A DNA stretch of 64,000 bases. It comes from Takakia lepidozioides. Taxonomy: Eukaryota; Plantae; Bryophyta. A model generated the notes under the pieces. It saw nothing but the letters and a program-made list of their open reading frames with translations. It ran no database searches and was not told the origin of the DNA. Shown here in pieces: positions 36,882 to 50,544 of this stretch (position 1 is its first letter; each line of letters opens with the position of its first letter). The position numbers and the translations under genes were made by a program. The stretch covers positions 8,990,001 through 9,054,000 of the forward strand of contig CM060734.1 of NCBI GenBank assembly GCA_030704615.1, written 5' to 3'.

Positions 36882-39800
36882 GAATTTACGACAGAATATT
36901 TGATTTTTTTCTATGAGGTCGAAAAAGTGCAAAATTTCGCCAGAAATATAAACACTGGGTCGCATTATGACGCCCGAGGTGTCATTTTCAAAGCGACGGA
37001 GACAGTTTTTTTTTTTAATTTGATTAATAGGGCCTCTGTTCCCTTTCTTTTATTTAAGAAAAAAAAAACGGAAACAAGAGTGACCTAGGTATGGACTTTG
37101 CCAAAATGGCAAGGATCGTTCCCATTGCGACGTCTATGGCATCGCAGTAAATCCGCGACGTTTTTTCTTTTTCTTTTTTTTTTCCCCCCAGACTGACCCT
37201 GCGACGCTTTGGGCATCGCAGAAATGGACTTGGCCAAAATGGCAGTCCCTGGGTCGCTCTGCGACGCGTAAGGCGTCGTTCCCATTGCGACTGTCTTGGC
37301 GTCGATTACCTGCACATAATGAACCATCGTGGTTTCATTCATCCACTCATGGTTTCATTAATTTCATGTGCGGCACAGGAGTGTGGTTGTGGCGGGACCA
37401 AGGGTGGCATAGGGGGTCGCACATGGTGGGGGCAAACCCCTAACGGCGGGGTCAGTCTGGGCTGGGTGAGCCACCCCGGGGCGCGCGCAGGGGGGAGAGA
37501 GGGGGGCGAGTCTATTGGGCCACAAAACACACTTGAAATATGTAGATAAATAATTAATTATTATCAAGCATTTGTAGAAGCAAGCGGACTAGTGTGATGG
37601 TAAAGAGCAACATGGGACAATGTGAGATTTGCTGCTCAAATCCTGGCAGGTGACATTGTGGCGGTAATGTGTGTTAATTATAAAGATACATTTTGTGTGA
37701 GGGTCTAAAGGTTGGAGTTAGGCGTCGCAGTTGGAGTCCGTTGTTGGTCAGGCGCTCACCAGTCCGCCAGACTGAGTCAGTCAGTTCGTCGCAATCACCA
37801 GTCGTGATCAGTCCGCTTGCCAATCGCCAGTCCGCTCGCCCTCCGTCGGTCAGTCCGCTCGCCAGTTGGAATCAATCTGTTGAGGGTTGGACCAATCCGC
37901 TAGAAGGTCGCCGCCGTTAACGAAACTAGGATTAGAAAAAAATTCAGAATGTAGACCCGGTAAAAGGGGGGTGGGTTCATGAGCTCACCCCATGGGCCGT
38001 ATTGGCGGGGCCCATAGCTGCATTCAAGTCCCAATTATTAAAAAATGAGAGGCTGTCAATATACTAAGCAAGGTAGTTTATTTGTTGTTTTCAAGTGTTT
38101 TTTTCAAACTCTTCACAAATGAAGTGGGCTTTCCTCGGACAATTAATTGGATATACTAATAGTCAATAAGTTCATGGAAAAAAATAAAGGTTCAATGGTA
38201 AAAATTGTACAATGTTAGTTCAATGGAGGACGTTTCGTGGGATTTTGTGTGTCAAAACTCAACGGGCAATGTTGGTGTTTCCGAAGAGGGTTGTTTTGGA
38301 GAGATTATTACAATGACTGCCCCTAACAATCAAATTGAAACCCATTGTACTTTCGGAGAGGTCCCTCATCAACGTAGCCAAAAAATGATAATTTTTGCTC
38401 CAGAGCAACCTTCATCTCCTTCATTCTGTGGCATCTATCCACGAGGGCAGGCAAAAATTCTCCTCTTTTAACTGTTAATAGATGGTAGGAAAATCATTAC
38501 CATGTTTCACCATGCGCATCTCTTTCATACACCTGGTTTCGGAGCTCCTTCATCAGATTAGGTTGACATTTGTAACAACATGTTGATGAAGACTTCACTT
38601 CATTAATTCCAGTCATTGACTATGTCACCCATCCAAATGGGCTCCCAAGAAACCTTTCCACATGAACCTCTGCACCGTGAGCCCCAACAGAGATGAGCCA
38701 TTTCACAATTCTGACTTGACTTTTATTCTCATGTGTTTCTGAACAATAAAACCTTTTGGCGGCTTCATATGTATGGGTTGTCATGTTTACCAACATCAAT
38801 CATTAGTGAATCATCAAATCATCAATCATCACGCAATTGAACACCAAAAGCTTCAACGATCCTTGGTCTGCCGTGGAGACAATGCAAAAAAACAGGCAAG
38901 CATTCTCTATGCATTCCATCCCAACCATTCAAGTGGGTGAAAAGGGATATCGACATAAGATTCTTTATAACATGGGCCAATTCTTGAACTCGTCATTGTA
39001 GATAGAAGTGGATATGAAGGAAGCGGCAGCTTGCAGGGATGCATGCGATACGTGTTTCTCGGGGTTCGTGTCATGTATATATGACATTCTTCTCCGATAA
39101 TTTGGGTACAGCAAAAGTCTTGAATGATTATAAGATTAATGTAGAGTATAATTCCAAGAAAAGAAATTCTTCTATTGTACGTTCTTGGCACATCTCTCAA
39201 CAAGCATCCATAAGGGTTGTGCGGAGGCCAGGCTTGGTCGATATATCTGGATGGGACCAGCACTCAACTTCCATTGGAGGCTCCACATCAGGGACGATAG
39301 GGGAGGAAAATATCGATGATACTCTGACTTTTGCAGCATTTAAAGCTTATGACGCCTCGGTCTGGGTATCAGACAATGGCAGCAGGGTTTTCTTGTGGGC
39401 GAGTGTTCTAATTTCATATAAAATTTTGTAGTCTCGAGGCTGGGCGGAGCTCCGCCTCTCACCTCTCTCTCCGCAAAATCCCGTAGTCATGGCTATCTCT
39501 TCTAGGGTATCGCTATATTTTTCGTTTTTACTAGGTCGGTTCACCCTATCTTAAGCGGTTCCGCGTTTCTCAGCTTTCTCCAAGTTTAGCTATGATCGCC
39601 GCCATGGCCAAGATAGAGGGCTCTCACGCTGCTGCGCAGCGTCTGTGCCCCGATCAGAGCAGTAGTCTCTATGACCCACCAAAAGTCTTACACGAGGAGC
39701 AGAACGTCTTTTTTAAGCTCTATATTGATACTTTTAGTGGGATTTATGGTATCTCACTCTCCCCTCAACGCTGCACAGATCACCCCAGTCTCCAAAGGGG

Positions 39801-42800
39801 GGTCCTTGCGGGGAAGCGGTATCATTCATGTTATGACGAGGACCCGGCACGCCAGTGGACCCTCTCCCACCCCACCATTCTATCTCGGACTGGCAAGTGT
39901 AGAGGAGAAAGCAACGAAGACCACTCTTCGCCCCCAACGACTTACCCTATCTGCAGAGGCTGCTAGGCACCTCCCCGAAAGACTATCGGCCCACCTCTCT
40001 CATAGACAAGGTATCTCTTATAATCTCTGGTGTCAATGTTTCATTATTCACAGCCACAAGCCTTGGCTCTCAGGGACAACATCGTTTCTACTGGAGCAAG
40101 AAGGTGCCCCTGGCGGCACACGGATGAACTACCCTCATGTGCCCAACTCATCTGACACGGAGTTTGACCCCCCCCCCCTACACTTACATGCCACGCGCCT
40201 GATCCAACACGCGGCCGTGTTCCACACCCTGCAGCAGATGGGCATCCACGGCGCTCCCTTGGTTTACATGCTCGAGTGCCCCATGTACCCGCCCCCCATG
40301 CTACCCTGGAGGAATCACTATGTCTGCGATCGCCCAAGACAACCAGCAACGAGCCTGGAGTCCTGGAATGCACCTCGAACACCACCGAGACCGCAAGACG
40401 ACATGCCCGATGTTTGCTCATCCAACTGCTGATGCAATCCGCTTGACAACCCCCGTATCTGGTGCACCAACCCGCAAATCTACTATGAACTACACGACGA
40501 CATGGCATCGCCAAACAGTCAAGTCACGCGTCTCCCGCAATGTCTGTACACGTCTCTCGCTAAAGTACAAAGCTCTCACACTACATTTCTTTCTACTCAA
40601 GCTTACACAAGGTACCTCAACTCCCTATACTTCATATTTCTCACAACATGTCAATTTGTATCCCGTCCATCTCTACCCTACAACACACTCCCACGTTGTG
40701 CCTCCGAAGGAAAAGTGAGCGCGGCGTGGAGCAGCGCATGAGGGAATTTAATGCGCCCCCATCCGACAAAAATCTCATGCCCCCACGATTTTCTAAGCCT
40801 CAAACCATGGCCAGGGCCGTTGACATGCCCCGTGGCAGTTAACTTGTGTGCACCCCATCTACACTTGTTCTTTTGGATTTTTCTAAAATCAATTCACAAT
40901 TCATGTTCACCTTTGGCCAGCAGGATTGCACCCGAAGGAAAGTGCATTTGGTTACAATGTGAAGGATGTAGAAAATTTTTCTCTGTCACTGCCAAGTGCA
41001 CCCCCCTAATTGCACATAAAACCAGCTAGTAGATTTGTTTGGAATCCAATTTCAGGGGCGACTCTAACCACCAAGGACTCTAACCCACCAAGGAATCTGT
41101 CTGAGTTGGTCCGGGACTAAGCAAAAAAAATTGTGATGGTAAATTTCCTTGGTCAAAGTGATTTTTTCTGTTCACATTTGCTTGGACTTGATAAATCCAC
41201 CATGGTAATTCGTTATAATCTCCCTAAATTGATGGTCATTTCTTTTGAAATTTGGTTAGTAGCTGCGTGGAGTAGGTAAGAACCAGTTAGTACGGTTCAA
41301 TTAATACAGAAGATCATTTAGTGCAAAGTTGTTATCTAACAGCTCCCCATCTCTACACCTATGCAAGGTTGGTGCAGAATGTAGTGCGGAATACCTCCTT
41401 TCTACATGGGACCAAACCTTCCCAAGGAAGCAAAGCCTCTAATGCTGATCCAGCTCCACCTCCTACCTGGGTCTCTAACTGCTAACTGAATGCACTGATA
41501 CCTGGAATAGTACCCATTCCGTCACAACTGGAAATTTTCCTCTTGCATTAGCACCTTGTGCAATCAAAGCACCTAAAATCACAAATCCATGCTCAGGTGT
41601 AGTTTGTTTCTTTAGTAGCGATACACTTGTATAGTTCTAGTATACAACTCTTGTAGAGCATCTTCCTTCTCCTGAAGTCACTCGTATTACAGTAGATCAA
41701 TATCCCTATGATGCAAGGATGTACAGTGTGCAAGAACCAATAACAACTACCGTATCTTCCTACCCACAAGCCTTAGGTTGTTAACTGGAGTCTGGGGCCG
41801 TTCCATTTATATCAGTTATTAGGGGCCTATGCTAGGTTCAACCCGTACCCTCGACTGTATATCCCTTGCCCATACTTCCCCCACACTCCCCAAGATCTGC
41901 TCCCCCAATATCGATTGGACCCCGCAACCTCCATCCTCCAAAAGCTCAATGATACCTGCCCCTCTCAATCTTCACATGTTGCGCTGAATACAATCTTTTA
42001 TGTTGTCGAACCTGTTGGCAGTGGGCACTGTCATGACCAAGAGGAACTCATCAGCACAACTCCACAGGCTCGTGGTGTAAGTAACAGTAGGTAGGTCGTA
42101 AATCATAATCGCATTGGTCCTGCATTGTCCCATATCGATTGCACGTAGTCTACATCGCGCAAGATACTTAGGGTTACTTTCCATGTAAACCCGTTCTCGT
42201 TATATGACGTCATCCAAAAATGGGTTTGACCACGGGTCATATCCATTGACCACGGGTCACATCCACTCACACCCCTTTCCATGCACCACCGTGGAACAGG
42301 ACCCGTAATTAACCTTGACACCTTATGTATTGATTTTATATCAACTATAACGTGCATTCACTTTTCCTGACTGAATTTCTCTTTAAAAAAAATAGATCAT
42401 CTATCCTCCGTCATTGGTGCCAAAACAACCTACTTTCATGTAGGGAAACTGCATGATGATATATAAGGTTCAACAATTTTCTTGTTAAGGCATAAAAACG
42501 CAACTACATGCATTTGGGAAGCCACAGTGTAGTAAACCCAACATAGTTAAGGACCAAAAACATCCCGATCACATTTCAATAGTAACAAAAGCACCATCAA
42601 TGTGGATTCTTGTAGTAGGTCTTCATCATGCCAAGCTAGTTATCGACACATGTATGTCATCCCTGAATACGGAACGTGATTTTTCTTCCATTCAACATGT
42701 TTTTTCATGAGCTTGTTCTTTTTTCTCTTCATAACAACAAAAGTTGTCTTTTGTCGCTAGCAAGAATCACCGAGCAAAATCACCTGTGTCCTAAGTCACT

Positions 42801-43358
42801 AAAAAAATCACCAGATTATCAAAGGTGCATCTGTATGTGCATGTACTCGTGATCGTGTCGCATAATGGACACTCTAGGCTGCAATCACCATGTGAGTGGT
42901 CTCGGCAACTCCGAAAACCACTACATCTCTAGTTGAATGTCATATAAAAGCACATGACTGGCGCTATGATGGCATTGCATGTCAAACAAGCCCCTGCACA
43001 CTGCCATTGATCACCTCATGCCTATGTGATTGACACTTCACGTCGCATCGATCCATCGAAGCAAGAAATGAGGTAAACATTGTGAACTTCACGTGACATT
43101 ATATTAAGACAATACCTCAAAACCATCCCATACAATGCAAAATCTCACGAGTCCTTAACTTCCATGATCGGAACAAAAATACAAGCATGTGCATATGGTT
43201 CCCCTGCAGCTAACTTAAACCTCACTTCACGCCACCAGCCTTCCTCAGGCTGTAAGTATTGTACGTTGTACAATCTTCATATCTGGAAATTTTGTCATAA
43301 ATCGCAAGAAGAACAAAGTTTGCATGCAATACATGCAATGATATTAGTTTTCATCATT

Positions 43359-43856
43359 GTGCCCTCACCACATTGTCCTCGACCTTGTGTCATGACCCAT
43401 GGAGGATTTGACTGACCATGAACCCAAACGGACCTCTTGTGTGTGCTGCTTGTGTCTGTAGCCCGGTAATGTCGGATTGGTCCATGAGAACCACCACGGT
43501 GCAGCTGAGCAAGCAGAGATTGAAACATGACCTGCTAAGACCAAGCTGACTCTTCGAAGAACCTTATAAACAGCAGGAAGAATACCAAATCATGGTACTA
43601 ACAGTCGCCAAGAGCCCACATTTGCAGGATGGACAAACTTCTTCACATCGTACATTGAGAGAAAGCCACACCTTGCGATTGCAATTGTCCATCGTGAAGG
43701 TGGCCAGCCACTTCGTGGTAGTTCTCATGGACCAATCTGACATTACCTGACTACAGACACAAGCAGCACACATAAGAGGTCATTTTGGGTTGATGGTCGG
43801 TCAAATCCTCCATGGGTCATGACACAAGGTCAAGGTCGACAATGTGGTGAAGGCAC
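43359..43856. repeat. Inverted repeat/hairpin with ~140-bp arms (43359-43498 and 43714-43856) and a ~215-bp loop
   Basis: GTGCCCTCACCACATTGTC...GAGAACCACCACG is near-complementary to CGTGGTAGTTCTC...GACAATGTGGTGAAGGCAC. Confidence 0.9.
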
Positions 43857-44898
43857 CTTCTTCTTCAACCTATTTCTGCCTGTTTTACCCTCTCATCAGA
43901 CTCGGCCCTGAGATGCATATTGAATTCTGTAAGTTAGCTCGTTGAGTGGATCTGTGGTGGTTAGGAGTGACTTTGACAAGTTACTGCCGATGTGGCAGCA
44001 GGGAAGTATCCAAAAACAGATAACATAGATGAGGAGAAGATCGTTGGTGGATCTATGGTGGTTTTGGAGTGATTTTGATATGTTACTGTAGGTAGGGTTA
44101 GGGCGTTAGTGTCAGCTGCTTCAGCTGCTAGCTGCAGCAAGGCTGAGGATGTATTCACGATTTGTACACATGCATGGATAGCTCAAGGAGTGCAGGGATA
44201 GATTGTGCCTGGGGGGTGCACTCTTTATAAAATGTCCGTATCACGTGCGTTCGCCGCCTAATAAAAAAAACCCCCTGTATACGGGTCCTTGGATCATTTA
44301 TACCCCCTCTGTACATACATTTTGAAGATTATAAAACCCCCTCCTGTAAATATATAGAAAATTTTAATTTTTAAAAAATACCCCCTTCTGTATGTATATT
44401 TCCCTTTTCAATAATTAAAAAATACCCTCAAATATGTATATGTATGTTTTAATATTATATCAAGTTTATTCATTTAAAAATAGAATAAAACCTAATAAAT
44501 TAATTAAAAAAATTGTTTGCCCTCCATAAAACTTGTTGTGGAATCTCACTTTGAACAATAATCAGATGCCAAGAAGAAAGGGACATTGTCAATGCCCTAT
44601 GTGCAAGAGGCCTGAAGAAAGTTTCTATTTTCTGATATGCAGTCCTGGGTATTTCATCAGAGAGTGACCCTCTTGAAGACCAAGACCTAGTCACTGCACC
44701 TATGTTCATCAACTAGGACAGTTTCTGAAATTGTTCTACAGTTTCAACCTTCGCAAGGTCCAATTATGTTCAAAACCTACTGTTGAGAATTCCTCTCCAA
44801 AAAGAGATTTCGTGCGCCTTTGCTGCCACTGTTGGAGTCCAACCTGACTCGCAGTTGACAGAGTTCAATACATTCAATTAGATGACAAGCATTTCATT

Positions 44899-46465
44899 TC
44901 ACCAATACTCCCCACAAGAACAAACACCATTTTGGAAGTGGTGAAAGCGGTTTGCATCTCGTACAACAATCTCTTGCTTAGCTATCTTTGAGATGAATTT
45001 GGTGGCTGTGTGGCAATCACCATACATCCGAAGATTCTTGATGATCCCTAAAGACATCCCAGAGGGTGTGTTGATAAGCCCAAAAACAATGGCCAGCTTC
45101 TCATTGTGGTGGCAAAGAGACGATTCTTTAAGCTCTTCCTCAACATCATGCAATGCAAAGTGCGGGCTTCACCCCTTCGCACATCATTTGCTCATAGGTC
45201 TCCAAAGCCTCCATCCCGCGCCCTTGCTGTGCATATCCTGCAATCATCGCACTCCACAACAGCACATCTCGTTCAGCCATACTGTCGAACACTCCCTTCA
45301 TACATGTCCACGAGGGTACTATCCAGAATGACATTTGATACTATTGCAGATCTAACAATGTCGCCATGGACCTCTTTGCCCTTTTCCAAAGCTGACAGAC
45401 TTACACATGCATTGCAAATGTACACAAACGTGATGTGGTCGGGCTTCACCCCTTCCCCCATCATTTGATCATAGGTCCAAAAGCCTCCATACCACGTCCC
45501 TGCTGTGCATACCCTGCAAGCATCACACTCCACGACACCACATCTCGTTCAGCCATGGAAACTTCCTTCGCATCCTTAATGCACCCACATTTGGCATACA
45601 TGTCCACCAGGGGAGTGTTCAGAATGACATCTGGTACAATTCCAGCTTTGACAATGTCACCATGGACCTCTTTCCCCTTTTCCAGAGCTCCCGGGCTTGC
45701 ACACGCATTGCATCCTGCTAACATTATATTCCACGTGATCAAAGATCGTTGAGGCATTCTGTTGAACACTTGGTGAGCATCAATGATGCTCCCGCACATA
45801 ACATACATGTTGACAAGGGTGTTGAGAAGAAAAACATTTGACGTGAATCCACTTTGGATGATGTGAGTATGCACCTGTTTTCCAACTTCCAGACCAGTGT
45901 TGGACTGGTATCAAGTTTTTTACATACCAGACTGGTCCTGGTACCAAGCGTATCACAAACTTTCATACCAGTCTGGTCTCTATAATGGTGGATATATTTT
46001 TTTCCAGATACTGGTATGAATATGAGTATCATGACTATAATACCAGCTGGTATGAGATATCAACTCTGGTATCATTCCAAAGCCATCTTGAGTTACAAAT
46101 TTGTCAAGTGGCAAGTATCAAGTGAAAACAAATAAAATATACATAAGAAGTAAATATACATAAGTACGAATATATAGGCATATGTACACATAAATTAATT
46201 CAGTATACATACCAGAGTAAATGAGGAAGACGATGGGGGAGTACGGGTATTGTGGCTGGTATGAAAGAACTGATACCAGCCTGGTCTGGTATCTGACCAA
46301 GTATTCTCCCAAATGATACCAGACTGGTCTGGTATCTAATACCAGTGCATATACCAGTATTATGTACCAGTCCTTCACCTATATACCAGTCCAACACTGT
46401 TCCAGACCTTCCATCTTGATGCACTTAAGCAAGAGACAGACATACATATCTGAATCTGGTGAAAT
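44899..46465 (-). pseudogene. PLS-class PPR-DYW pseudogene, interrupted by a MITE, with E domains deleted
   Basis: PPR motifs GVKPDHITFV, LVDMYAKCG and [20 protein letters not shown] tail HHNEKLA...NLRMYGDCH...[16 protein letters not shown] with CxxC mutated to YxxC. Confidence 0.9.
45895..46399. mobile_element. hAT-type MITE (505 bp)
   Basis: TIR CAGTGTTGGACTGGTAT; exact 8-bp TSD TTCCAGAC (45887-45894 and 46400-46407); TACCAG/CTGGTA subterminal repeats. Confidence 0.95.
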
Positions 46466-46469
46466 GCCT

Positions 46470-48560
46470 TGTGATGTTGTTAGGCTTCACCCCTTCCCCC
46501 ATCATTTGCTCATAGGTCTCCAAAGCCTCCATCCCGTGCCCCTGCTGTGCATACCCTGCAAGCATCACGTTCCACGACACCACATCTCATTCAGCCAGAG
46601 TGTTGAAAACTCCCCTCACATCCTTAACGCACCCACATTTGGCAAACATGTCCACAAGGGCAGTGTTCAAGATGACATCTGGTACAATTCCAGCTTGCTC
46701 CCAGGCTTTCACACGCATTGCAAACACAAACAAATGTGATGTGGGTAGGCTTCACCGCTTCGCACATCATTTGCTCATATGTCTCCAAAACATTCCTACC
46801 ACACCTATGCTTGGTAAATCCTTTCAACATAATATTCCACGTGATCAAAGATCATTGAGGCATTCTATTGAACACTTGGTGAGCATCCCTGATGTTCCGG
46901 CACTTAACATACAGGTTGACAAGGGTGTTGAGTAGAAAAACATTTGGCGTGAATCCACTTTGGATAATGTGAGTGTGCACCTGCTTTCCAGCTTCGAGAC
47001 CGTCCATCTTGATGCACTCAAGCAAGAGACAGACACATATTTGAATCTGCGGAAATGCCTCCTTGGTTTAGAGTCTGTAGAGCCTCTGTCAGGCTGTCGC
47101 TTAAAGTATCTTCACATGCCCAGAAGTGCCAGAAGAGGCATTGTGGACTCCCTCTCTTGATCCTCTTTCAGAAGCTGTGGTCATGGTTGAGGTGCCTGAT
47201 TTTATCAACTGTGCCGCTGCAGCTACTGCCTTTAGTTGACCATCTACCCATGCAGGTTTCTTATAGCTACTGACCCCCACATGGAATCAAGGTAATCTGG
47301 AGCTTGAAGTCCAGCCCTCTTGGATGAATCTGGACCCACACTCTATCCATGCTCATTTAGGAAAAAATAGGGAAAAACTCTGATAACAGGGAAAAACGGG
47401 TTGAAATGTGTTGAAGAGGGTACCTTCATTAGCAGCGCCTTGTTCAATCAAATGCACTGCTGCCGCTGTTGTTTCCAGTTGACCATCTACCCACGCAGCT
47501 TTCTTGTAGCTATTGATCCGCAGGGAATCAGAAGTAATTTTGTGTTTAAAATCGACCTCTTGGATGAATCGTGTTCCACGACACCACCTTGTTCAGCCAT
47601 AGTGTTGAACACTCCCTCCGCATCCTCAATGCTCCCACAATGGCATACATGTCCACAAGGGTATTGTTAATAATCAGGTCTGGTACAATTCCAGCTTTGG
47701 TGATGCAACCATGCACCTCTTTGCCCTTTTCCAGGGCTGCAAGCTTGCACACGCACTGCAAACGCACACAAACATGATGTGGTCGAGCTTCACCCCTTCC
47801 CCCATCATCTGCTTTCAGGTCTCCAAAGCCCCATCTCGCGCTCCTGCCCTGCAAGCATCGCGTTCCACGACACCACATCTCATTCAGCCATAGTGTTGAA
47901 CACTCCCTTGGCATCCTCAATGCTCCCACATTTGGCATACATGGCCACCAGAGCAATGTTCAGGATGACAAATTTTGGTACAATTGCAGATTTGATGAAG
48001 TCACCAGGGTCCCTTTGCCTTTTTCTAGGGCTGCCATACGCACTGCAAACTTACACAAACGTTATGTCGGCAGCCTTCACCCCTTCCCCCATCATTTGCT
48101 CAAAGGTTGGAGCCTCCATCCCGCACCCCTGCTGTGCATACCTTGCAAGCATCGCACTCCACAACACCACATCTCGTTCAGCCATAGAGTTGAACACTGA
48201 TCCCTTATCCTCGATGCACCCACATTTGGCTACATGTCCACCAGGGCAGGGGCAGTGTTCAGAATGACATCTGGTAATCTGATAGGCATTCACCTTTTTG
48301 CCTCGGTTGTCCCACCATTGTCTGGGGTCGGAAAAATATTCATTCCACAACTTCTCCTCGTCTTTGTTACCTGTTTCTGGATACTTTCATGTTGTCACAT
48401 TGGCAGTATCATGTCAAAGTCATTCCAAACTATCCTAGATTCACTCAACCAGCTAACTTGCATAATTCAACATGAAAATTTAGGGCCGATTCTGATAGGA
48501 GGGGAAAATAGGGTGAAATGTGTTGAAGAAGGTGTCTTCATCAGCAGTGCTTGATTTTAT
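46470..48560 (-). pseudogene. Further tandem OSB(PDF)-PPR gene fragments (2-3 scrambled copies)
   Basis: Repeated PPR motifs, plus WNEYFSDPRQWWDNRGKK (~48350) and PDF-type leader sequence at ~47230-47330 and ~47480-47570. Confidence 0.85.
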
Positions 48561-48576
48561 CAATTGTGCCGCTATT

Positions 48577-49688
48577 GCAATATGAAGACAATATTCATTT
48601 TCTGATACACTGTCCGGGGTTCTCTCATTGATAACAGGTGTACGTTGAAGGTTGCAATGACCAAAAGTGCTTCTAATAGAGTCCCACATCAATTCAATCT
48701 CAAAGAAGTTCGTCCCTTGACTGGCTGGAGAGCGGTCTTACACATTGGTGATTCAATGGGGCGCGCTCTAGGAAGACAACCAAGGGCAAGGACTTCAATT
48801 GTAGGTGACCAAGTGCAATGGACTCGTGAGAAATCCCAAACCCTAAACATTCCATTGTGGACTATATCATAATGGACAAAAATTTGTTCCCCCTTTGTGC
48901 CAATGTGTTGATCGACAGAACTGATATTGGTACCTCTGACCACTTCCTGGTTTGGACTGAGATCAAAAGGTGTTTTCCCAACACCAGAGTAGAAAAGATT
49001 CTCAAGGACCTGCACCTGGATCCGCAAGTCTTGACCCTGCTGGATAAATCCGACTTAGAGGCTGCAGTGTCCAAAGCCATGTCTGTTGTTATGAGATTGT
49101 CTGATGAAAATGAAGTTAGGCAGAAAACTTCCCTGAACTTGTTTCCAGTCAGTGACATGGGGGAGGACATCTTGAATGACCTCAAGGGTCCACCCACTCT
49201 CGGCACTAGACTGAAATTTAAACTCGGGACAGGAAGCCTACCTTTGAACAGCAAACAGAAGCAGAGAGGAAAGGGAGAGTGCACTTCCCATTGTGTGGGC
49301 AATCTGAAGACAGTATTCATTTTCTGATACACTGTCCGGGGTTCTCTCATTGATAACAGGTGTACGTTGAAGGTTGCAATGACCAAAAGTGCTTCTAATA
49401 GAGTCCCACATCAATTCAATCTCAAAGAAGTTCATCCCTTGACTGGTTGGAGAGCAGTCTTACACATTGGTGATTCAATGGGGCGCTCTAGGAAGACAAC
49501 CAAGGGCAAGGACTTCAACTGTAGGTGACCAAGTGCAGTGGACTCGTGAGAAATCCCAAACCCTAAACGTTCCATTGTGGACTATATCATAATGGACAAA
49601 AATTTGTTCCCCAGTGTGCCAATGTGTTGATCGACAGAACTGATATTGGTACCTCTGACCACTTCCTGGTTTGGACTGAGATCAAAAG
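48577..49688 (+). mobile_element. Rearranged, tandemly duplicated fragment of a second LINE family (period 722 bp)
   Basis: 48577-48969 is nearly identical to 49299-49688. Contains endonuclease C-terminus VDYII...SDHFLV and a C-terminal zinc finger (PLCGQSEDSIHFLIHC). Confidence 0.8.
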
Positions 49689-50544
49689 AGGACCTCTTGT
49701 GTGTGCATACTTGTCTGTAGTCAGGTAACGACGGATTGGTCAGTGAGAACCACCACGGTGCAGCTGAGCACGGCCTGCTTAGAACAAGCTGACTCTCCCA
49801 AGAACCTTGTAAACATCTAGAAGAATACCAAATCAGGTACTAACAGGAGGCAAGAGCTCGCAATAGCAGGATGGAAAAAGAAAACGCCACACCTTGCAAT
49901 TGCAGTTGTCCCACCATTGTCAATCTTCTAAAAACTCATGCCAGGTCTGCTCAGTGCTGCAAATTCAGGGCCGACTCTGTTGAGAGGGCAAGACAGGCTG
50001 AAATAGGTCGAAGAAGAAGGTGCCCTCACCACATTGTCCTTGACCTTGTGTCATGACCCATGGAGGATTTTCCCTCCCATCAACCCAAAATGATCGCTTC
50101 CCTAAACTCTCCCCTAAACCTTGTAAACATAAGGAAGAATACCATGCCCTGTGGAGAGGAGGGGAGAGGAGAGGAGGGAAGAGAGAAAGCCCGCGGAAGG
50201 GAAGGCGAACGCGGGAGAGGAGTGGTGAGGAGATGAGAGGAGGAGAGGGAAAAGAGAAAGCGGCGGGAGGGAAGGGGAGAAAGATCGCGGAGAGAAAAAA
50301 AAAACAAAAAAAACAAACAAAGAGATGATCCCACGATTTGATCCCGCGGTGCATCGCGGTCAAAACGTCACTCTTACCACTACACTACCCCTTAAAATAC
50401 AACAACCCCCTCCTGTAAAATTATATTTAAGGTGTTTTAAACCCCCCCCTCTGTATGTATAATGTTGTACATGGGGGGGTTCAAAATACCCCCTCCTGTG
50501 CACGCACGTGGCTGGTACATTTAATGAGGAGTGCACCCCCCAAG

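Larger units (their letters stand above)
34420..38200. mobile_element. CACTA (En/Spm)-type non-autonomous or relic element
   Basis: Begins CACTACTGCAGAA at 34420; dense TGCGACG/CGTCGCA subterminal repeats; inverted repeats 34705-34759 vs 37189-37243 and 35365-35505 vs 38060-38185. Right TIR not found. Confidence 0.7.
44208..50544. mobile_element. 6.3-kb Pack-type TIR element (8-bp TSD; hAT- or MULE-like) carrying PPR-DYW fragments
   Basis: TIRs CCTGGGGGGTGCACTC / CTTGGGGGGTGCACTC; TSD AGATTGTG at 44200-44207 and 50545-50552; CCCCT(C)CTGTA subterminal repeats at both ends. The rejoined flanks match the paralogous sequence at ~51080-51160. Confidence 0.85.

Noticed and set aside
45140-45175. 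DYW:KP (U-to-C editing) signature from GVKPA
   Set aside because: KPA arises at a deletion junction between a PPR motif (GVKP) and the middle of the DYW domain; the diagnostic DYW N-terminus is missing.
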